Assembly: GCA_036479435.1 (NCBI GenBank)
Contig: JAZGFI010000235.1
Coordinates: 22,426-86,425, forward strand
DNA length: 64,000 nucleotides
Source of the DNA: Planctomycetota bacterium
GTDB taxonomy: Bacteria > Planctomycetota > GCA-002687715 > DRQF01
Direction of reading: 5' to 3'
Within the stretch, counting starts at the first letter, position 1. Every line of letters begins with the position of its first letter. A program made the translations under genes and the position numbers. Of this stretch, positions 57,895 through 64,000 are shown one piece after another. The notes under the pieces were generated by a model. That model did not search any database and was not told the origin of the DNA. It worked only from the letters and a program-made list of their open reading frames with translations.

Positions 57895-59985
57895 TCAATA
57901 TCCTGAGAGATTGGTGATCGGTCGCAAGAGTTTGGACCCCCGAATGCGCTGAAGGGTTTGAGTCATCACTTCAATGTCATTGTCGAAAGAGCCGTGAGAT
58001 GTCGCGATGGTGCTGCCATCCGTCGCCGTCTTAGTGCGCTTTCTCTTGACGACCTCCGGATCATTGCCGGCGCGCATCAGATTTTGCCAATCTTTGACTT
58101 CTTTTTGTTGCGAGTGATGAAAGTCATTGCGGTTGGGATCTTGATCTTCCCAAATGGTTTCAAGACCCAAGATGGGCATCCGGTGGACGTCTTCGAGGGC
58201 CCTAGAAACCAAGTACAACAGGGACTTGCCGTAGGGCCCGACGGAGTCGCCTAGTTCGCGCTCGTCACTGAGGATGTGGGAGTAAAGTGCTTTTTTGGAC
58301 AGTGTCTTGTTGGCGAATGCTCTGCCGTATTTGTCGTTGGCGAATTCGACCGTGCAAGCAGCTGCAAAAAGCGTCGTGGAGGCTGCCTTGATCTTGGCTC
58401 TTTTCATGTTGCCCAAGAAATGCCCCAAAACGATCGAGCCTGCAGAGTGCCCGACGAGGTGAATCTCGAGATTGCGGTTCAACTCGAGTTTGACCTTTTT
58501 GTCCAGAATCCGGAGGGCGCGTGCGATCTGTCCCAGCCCGGCGTGACTTCGCGAGCTTGCTTCGGCGTTTTGTTTCATCTGTGACCAGATGGCTTTCACC
58601 AAGAGCTGTTCCGCGGCGACCTCCACCGTGCGGTCTTTGGCTTCAATCGCTTTTGCTTTTGCGGATTCGAACTGCTCTTTGGCCCAGTCCCACAGTCCTT
58701 CGGCCTTTTGACCTCCAAAGATGTCACTGATCTTGTCGCTAAGGATACCCTCGATGCTTTCGCGCGTACCTGTCTTCCAAGTGATGAAAATGGGCACGAT
58801 GCCATTGGCTTCGAAATAAGGCGCCATTGCGCTGATGCGACTGACGGAGTCTTCTTCCGCGTTGAGGCCGCCATGCGCATAGATCGCGATTTTTCGACTC
58901 TTGCGTTCCTTGAGTCGTTCAAAGGCCAGGTTTACACAGACTTCTTCGACCGCAGCGCGCGCGTTGGGAAGGTCGATAAATCTATTTTCCGGGACGCCGT
59001 CGTTGCCAAGGACGACCGTCCGTAGGTACGACTCCGTCTCTGAGAGCTTTGGCAAGGCCTTGCTGCGCGAGGTGCTATTGACCGTGCTGGACGCAGCAAA
59101 TTGTAGCGTCTTGGCCGCCTTAGAGGAACTCTTGGTGATCGTTCGCGAAGCGGCTTCAAGTCGCATCGGCGCTCCGAGGACCGCAACCCAAGCGTCCATG
59201 CCATTCATGACCCAGTCCGCGTAACTCAAGATCGCAAAGCCCTTGTATCCCCATCTTGAGCCCCAAGAGTTTTGCACGATAAAACCAAGTTCATTGTATC
59301 CGACCAAAGCGAAGGCATGCCCGCCTTCGGCTTTGCTCATCTTCATTACGGACAGGGTCTTGCTGCCGGGCTTAGTCCAGCCGTTGTGAACTTCGGCGGA
59401 GACATAGATGGCACCGACTTCTTGAATCGCTGCCTGCATATCGAGAATGGACTCGTGATTGACGCGGTAGTAGGCACCAAGGGGGCGCGAGGCGGCGTCT
59501 TGACTCCAACCTTCTTGCGGACCCCTTGTCTTGGAGGTCTTGTTGTCTTTCCATGGCTTGTCCCAAAGTCCACGGCAACATACGCCATGTTTGTGCCAGC
59601 CTTTCATCGCTCCGCGGCAGCTCGACCCCTCGTAACTTTCGCCGGGCCACTCGTCGTAAGTTTTGGCCAGGTGATAGAGCATATCCGGACTGACTTGCTC
59701 GTGCTCCAGATGCTGGAGTTCTTCGATGGTGCAACCGTCAATGCATCGTTTCCACAGCAGGTAGTTGATGACGGCACTCAGTCCGTATCCAGTGCAAGAG
59801 CCTTGCTTGCCCTGGTTTAAGATCAAGCCCTTGCCGACGTAATCGTCAATGTTTTGGTGGACGAATTCGCGGGCGGGGATTTCCTTTTCGAGTGACACCA
59901 ACGGCGGTTGGTAGGTGCGATCACGAAGATCAACGCGGTCCGGGCGGGCGTCGTAAAGGCGATTTCCGCTTTTGATACTTGGCAT
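57895..59985 (-). CDS. Papain-like C1 cysteine peptidase fused to alpha/beta-hydrolase domain
   Basis: QGKQGSCTGY, GGHAF, QNSWG..WG; then YAHGGLN, LVGHSAG (GxSxG), HGSFDND. Confidence 0.88.
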   Translation of the reverse strand: MPSIKSGNRLYDARPDRVDLRDRTYQPPLVSLEKEIPAREFVHQNIDDYVGKGLILNQGKQGSCTGYGLSAVINYLLWKRCIDGCTIEELQHLEHEQVSPDMLYHLAKTYDEWPGESYEGSSCRGAMKGWHKHGVCCRGLWDKPWKDNKTSKTRGPQEGWSQDAASRPLGAYYRVNHESILDMQAAIQEVGAIYVSAEVHNGWTKPGSKTLSVMKMSKAEGGHAFALVGYNELGFIVQNSWGSRWGYKGFAILSYADWVMNGMDAWVAVLGAPMRLEAASRTITKSSSKAAKTLQFAASSTVNSTSRSKALPKLSETESYLRTVVLGNDGVPENRFIDLPNARAAVEEVCVNLAFERLKERKSRKIAIYAHGGLNAEEDSVSRISAMAPYFEANGIVPIFITWKTGTRESIEGILSDKISDIFGGQKAEGLWDWAKEQFESAKAKAIEAKDRTVEVAAEQLLVKAIWSQMKQNAEASSRSHAGLGQIARALRILDKKVKLELNRNLEIHLVGHSAGSIVLGHFLGNMKRAKIKAASTTLFAAACTVEFANDKYGRAFANKTLSKKALYSHILSDERELGDSVGPYGKSLLYLVSRALEDVHRMPILGLETIWEDQDPNRNDFHHSQQKEVKDWQNLMRAGNDPEVVKRKRTKTATDGSTIATSHGSFDNDIEVMTQTLQRIRGSKLLRPITNLSGY

Positions 59986-60074
59986 GTCATTCCTCTTTCT
60001 TGGTTTGTGGCCTCACCTACAGGCGATCGTTTGGCCCGAAGTCCTGGCTCAATCGGAGCATCTCACAGAATCTC

Positions 60075-61130
60075 TTAACCCGGCACGACAAGTTGGTAGA
60101 TGCGACAGTCGTCCCCGCAAACGACACCGAGTTGAGCGTTCCGTTGGACACGCCCTCTAGAGTCTTTGCATTTTTCAATCCATGCGCCGCAATCCATGAT
60201 CACCACGGGATGATCGGGTTTCGTTATTCGGTCGACTGAAATTTGTGCGCGGTGTGTGTGGCCAATCACGACCAGACGGACCTTAGGCCAAGCCTCGTGA
60301 AGGTCTTCACGTTGTGCGCAAGTATGCACCAACTCGACGGCTCGGTGGAGCAAAGGATGCTCGTCACCTTCGCCTCGTAGCGAGACATTGTGGATTTTGG
60401 GTGGCGAGGAATTGGGTGTGTTGACCTGTCGCAGCGAACCGACTTTGGCGGCGCCGTCGATGCGAATGCGGTTCACGAGTGTTGCCGCGTCGGGCTGGTG
60501 ATCGGCGATCAGGGTTTGCAGCTCGCCGATGTCATAGCTGCCTTCTTTGGGGATCTTGCCGGCAATTTGAACAAAAAATGCTTGGAGCCAGTCGGGAAGG
60601 GCCGTTTCCAACGGGTCGAACCAGTCGCCGTGCATCGCGAGCCCAAAGGGCGATTCGCCGCCGAGAAATAGTCGACGAAAGAAACTGGGATCGGCCGCCA
60701 TGGCGGCGTCGTGATTCCCCGTCAGGACTTTGGCGCGCAGCCCGTCAGGGTGCCGGTAGAGATAAGCCAACAATGTGGAGTGGTCGTCCATGATGGACGT
60801 GGGGTCATCCCTACCCTCTCGCCAAAAGTCGTAAAGGTCTCCAAGTTGGATGCACTGCAGTGAATGTTCTTCTGCCTCCAAATCCTCGCGCGCCCTTAAG
60901 AGTCGATTCATCATGACGACGAAGGCATGTCGGTGATTAAAGCTATAGGAATAGCGAAGGCTTGCCTCATCCGACACCAAATGCAGATCTGGAACAAAGA
61001 CCTGGACCTCATTGTTGTCGGCGTTGCCGAGGATTGGATCGCAAAAACGAGCCACGAGTCGCAACTCGACAAAAAATGGCTCAAGCAAGTGTGCGAGGAT
61101 CGTGTGGTGACACTGGTGTGCGGTCAGCAT
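60075..61130 (-). CDS. Calcineurin-like metallophosphoesterase
   Basis: PDLH, LGDLYD, GNHD, HGD, GHTH, DCGAW. Confidence 0.85.
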   Translation of the reverse strand: MLTAHQCHHTILAHLLEPFFVELRLVARFCDPILGNADNNEVQVFVPDLHLVSDEASLRYSYSFNHRHAFVVMMNRLLRAREDLEAEEHSLQCIQLGDLYDFWREGRDDPTSIMDDHSTLLAYLYRHPDGLRAKVLTGNHDAAMAADPSFFRRLFLGGESPFGLAMHGDWFDPLETALPDWLQAFFVQIAGKIPKEGSYDIGELQTLIADHQPDAATLVNRIRIDGAAKVGSLRQVNTPNSSPPKIHNVSLRGEGDEHPLLHRAVELVHTCAQREDLHEAWPKVRLVVIGHTHRAQISVDRITKPDHPVVIMDCGAWIEKCKDSRGRVQRNAQLGVVCGDDCRIYQLVVPG

Positions 61131-61142
61131 GGCGATTCCCGA

Positions 61143-61739
61143 TTAGTCCAATTCAGATTGGTACCGAGGAAATAAGATCAGCTTGTTGAAAGCTGTTCGG
61201 CCGAAGGGAGAACTAAGCCCCGGCCCTTCAACCGGCGGTAACTGGGGGCTTTTGGCCCAAAAGCTCCACCACATCTGGCGGTACTGAAAGGCGACCGCGT
61301 TGAGTAGGGGATCACGAACCTTGTCACGCGAATCCACGACAGGTTGACGGCCCGCGCTGCGTGCGATTTGTGGAATACCGATTGCTTCTGCGACGAATTT
61401 CGCTTTGGCCAATTCGCCTTTGTTGGCAAGTAGTTGCAACAAGCTGAAAAGCTCGGCGTCCATTTCAATTTTGACGGCGTCGACCTCTCTGAGGCGATCC
61501 GCATGGATGCTGACGAAGTCGAGAAGCTTTTTGAAAGCGGGGAATTCTGAGGGCGAGGCGAGGTACTCTTCCAAAGTCGCGTCGGCGTATCTTTGAGCAA
61601 GCGGAAGTTTAGCTTCCGTGCGGGTGGGAACCTTGGATGCTGTTCCTTGCGGGGGCACGGGAAGCGGCCACTTGGAGGCGCTAGCACACCCCCAGCACAC
61701 ACTGACTATGATGGCTATCGCTGTGAACCTCGTCATCAT
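61143..61739 (-). CDS. Putative lipoprotein
   Basis: GAGG RBS; VCWGC lipobox; first gene of a minus-strand run. Confidence 0.55.
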   Translation of the reverse strand: MMTRFTAIAIIVSVCWGCASASKWPLPVPPQGTASKVPTRTEAKLPLAQRYADATLEEYLASPSEFPAFKKLLDFVSIHADRLREVDAVKIEMDAELFSLLQLLANKGELAKAKFVAEAIGIPQIARSAGRQPVVDSRDKVRDPLLNAVAFQYRQMWWSFWAKSPQLPPVEGPGLSSPFGRTAFNKLILFPRYQSELD

Positions 61740-61841
61740 TGTTCCTCTCCGAATTGTCGGCTTGTTTTTGCGACGCCTTGCGCTTTAGACTACACCAAGA
61801 TTTCTTTGAGGGATAGATCGGTCGTAGGGGATTCAGTCAAC

Positions 61842-63875
61842 ATGTCTTGGGCTTGCTCTTTACCTTTAGCTTGGCGCATCGTTTTTGCGGTGGTGTTGCT
61901 GAGTGCCTGCAGCACCGTCATTCAGGTCAAGGGACCGATCGACCCTTTGCCGACACCAAGTGGAGCAGCGCGCGCAGGTGCCGCCAGTACCGACATCACC
62001 TGCTCACCTGGCCCACCTTCCTTTGGGTACTCAGAAAGTGCTCGGTTCGACACCTACCGTGGCCATCGCACGCGGCTTTGGTCACACGCGATGGTTCTTT
62101 CAGACAAGAAAGGGCAAAGGCTTGCGCTGGTTACGGTGGATCTTGGAAACGTAAGTGCGCTGATGCATCGCTTGGTTGCCGATCTTGTGCACGCCGAGAC
62201 TGGATTGACGGCTGATCGCATCTTGATTTCAGCCACGCACACTCACAGCGGCCCCGCCGGATTTAGCGGCAACAGATTCTACAACGTCTTTGGCTCAAAG
62301 GGCCTGTTCACGGGTTTTGATTCCCGGCTGACCTCGTTTCTTTGCAGCCGAATCGCCGAGTCCATTATCAAGGCAGATCAAGACCGCGAAAAGAGCGTCG
62401 ACCCCATTCGGGTCGCTTTCGGAGAGCGCGAAATCCCGTGTCTGACGCGTAACCGAAGTCGCGAAGCTTGGCAGGCCAACGCACAAAAGTTGACGAAGGG
62501 TGTCGAGCCCAAAGTCTCCGTCCTTCGGATTGATCGGATCAACGCTGGGGCAGCGAACGGGATCAAGAGCTTGGGTGCCTATGTGGTTTACAGCGGTCAC
62601 CCAACGGTCATTGGGACGGATAACGACCTGTGGCATGCCGATGTGTTTGGCGTTGCCGTTCAGCAAATGCGACGCTTAAGCCAAAGATCCCAGGACTCAG
62701 CAGTTTTCTTACTGGCCAATGGCGCTGAGGGTGACGTCTCATTTGCTTGGCGAGTTCAACGTCACGACGAAGCCCTAAAGCTCGGCAATGAGCTGGCGAC
62801 AGCAACCGTCGAGCTCTTCGAAAACTTGGCTCAAAGATCGCCTGCGTCAACGACACAGCTAAGTCTGGCCCACGCCTTTGAGATCGTGAATTTGCCGAAC
62901 GCAGAAACCGGTCTTGGAAAACAACTGTGTCGGCGGGCCACTTTTGGAATCCCGACTTTGGGTGGTGCAGAGGATGGTCGATCCGATCTCTTCGGACTGG
63001 GTCTTTTTGGACACACGATTGAAGAGGGCGTTCGGTTTTCGAAACCCAGGGGTTGCCAAGGCCACAAGGTTCCGGCCTTGGGTGCCTTGCAGTCATTACT
63101 TGTTGCCGCCGAGGATTTTCCCCAGACGGCCCCCCTTCAGATATTCAAGATTGGCCCAGTGGCCATACTTGCGGCGCCGTTTGAGTTGACAACCGAAAGT
63201 GGGGCGCGCCTGAAACAAATCGTCTTGCGACGATTGCAAGGGAGAGCGGGCATCGATCACGTTGTGGCGGTGTCCATGGCCAATGGATATCTGGCTTATG
63301 TGGCGACGCCGGAAGAGTACTCCATCCAGCACTACGAAGGCAGCTCAACGGTCTACGGGCCTGAATCTCTGCCATTTCTGCAACAACAATTTGAATGGCT
63401 CACCGATCGAGTCGTAAGCGTCGTGGCCACGAGCCGACACCTTAATCAGGCGCCCCTAGCCCGAGAGTTTAGTCCTGGGCCCGATCGCCCACGACTTAGC
63501 GAGCCTGCGGATAGCGACGCTCCGATCAGCCGTCGCCTTGGTCCGACTGTAGTCGCTCAAGGGATCATGCAAGTTGTCTGGCAAGACGTTGACCTGGGGC
63601 GCCTAGCCATCGCCGACGACTGGTTGGTTGGCATCGAACAAGCCAATCCCGGCGGGGCTGCTCCTTTTTTGTTGACGGTTGATGGGCAAGTCGCGAACGA
63701 CCGCGGCCTTGATTTTGAATTGCGTTGTCTGTGCTCCACAGATTTAGATTCGCTTTGGCGTGCTCGGTGGTTTGTGCCCGCAAGCGTCTCCCCAAACAAA
63801 GATCTTCGTGTCCGTATCAAGGGAAGAGCTGGCCGCCCCGATCTTATTGGCGAGTGGTTTCGCATTGCTCCCTAA
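61842..63875 (+). CDS. Neutral/alkaline ceramidase family lipoprotein
   Basis: LLSAC lipobox, ISATHTHSGP, NRS, GHPT, NGAEGDVS, PFELTT, ANGYLAY, YE. Confidence 0.88.
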   Translation: MSWACSLPLAWRIVFAVVLLSACSTVIQVKGPIDPLPTPSGAARAGAASTDITCSPGPPSFGYSESARFDTYRGHRTRLWSHAMVLSDKKGQRLALVTVDLGNVSALMHRLVADLVHAETGLTADRILISATHTHSGPAGFSGNRFYNVFGSKGLFTGFDSRLTSFLCSRIAESIIKADQDREKSVDPIRVAFGEREIPCLTRNRSREAWQANAQKLTKGVEPKVSVLRIDRINAGAANGIKSLGAYVVYSGHPTVIGTDNDLWHADVFGVAVQQMRRLSQRSQDSAVFLLANGAEGDVSFAWRVQRHDEALKLGNELATATVELFENLAQRSPASTTQLSLAHAFEIVNLPNAETGLGKQLCRRATFGIPTLGGAEDGRSDLFGLGLFGHTIEEGVRFSKPRGCQGHKVPALGALQSLLVAAEDFPQTAPLQIFKIGPVAILAAPFELTTESGARLKQIVLRRLQGRAGIDHVVAVSMANGYLAYVATPEEYSIQHYEGSSTVYGPESLPFLQQQFEWLTDRVVSVVATSRHLNQAPLAREFSPGPDRPRLSEPADSDAPISRRLGPTVVAQGIMQVVWQDVDLGRLAIADDWLVGIEQANPGGAAPFLLTVDGQVANDRGLDFELRCLCSTDLDSLWRARWFVPASVSPNKDLRVRIKGRAGRPDLIGEWFRIAP

Positions 63876-64000
63876 ACAAGGGAAATTGTGTGATGCACCC
63901 TCGGCCTGCGCCAGCTCGTTGTCGCGCCAAACTGTCAATGATAAGGAGTGGTCTGCCTTCATGAAAAGGTCACATGAAGACAGCTGGTAGATTGTCCATT

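Overview
Bacterial chromosomal segment, GC-rich by eye. A PVC/Planctomycetota-like origin is inferred from gene content (RNase HIII, long HPr protein, FliA module, secreted repeat proteins) and is not proven. About 1-42 kb is origin-proximal core genome: partial bshC, a methyltransferase, pyrF, a glutamine amidotransferase, a candidate oriC, a sigma70 factor, parS/parA-like/parB, purM, a cystathionine gamma-lyase/synthase, NAD kinase, mraY, a 1310-aa MurG-FHA-like-MurJ-HEAT fusion, rnhC, gyrA, a candidate structured ncRNA, tRNA-Leu(GAG) followed by a triplicated terminator, an FlgM/FliA (sigma28) module and a repeat-containing serine hydrolase. About 42.2-64 kb is an accessory-looking block: a split deoxyribohydrolase-like + TPR-S (ASK1-like) pair, two TIR-membrane proteins (one with receptor-like topology plus two secreted partners), a four-gene RoxA-like di-heme cytochrome c operon, tyrosinase + caddie, a papain-like peptidase/alpha-beta-hydrolase fusion, a metallophosphoesterase and a neutral ceramidase. 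The best candidates for undescribed systems are the lipid II synthase-flippase fusion, the TIR receptor-like triad, the di-heme cytochrome operon and the accessory block as a whole. No CRISPR array, rRNA, transposase or integrase was seen. All family calls come from motif recognition by eye; no searches were run.
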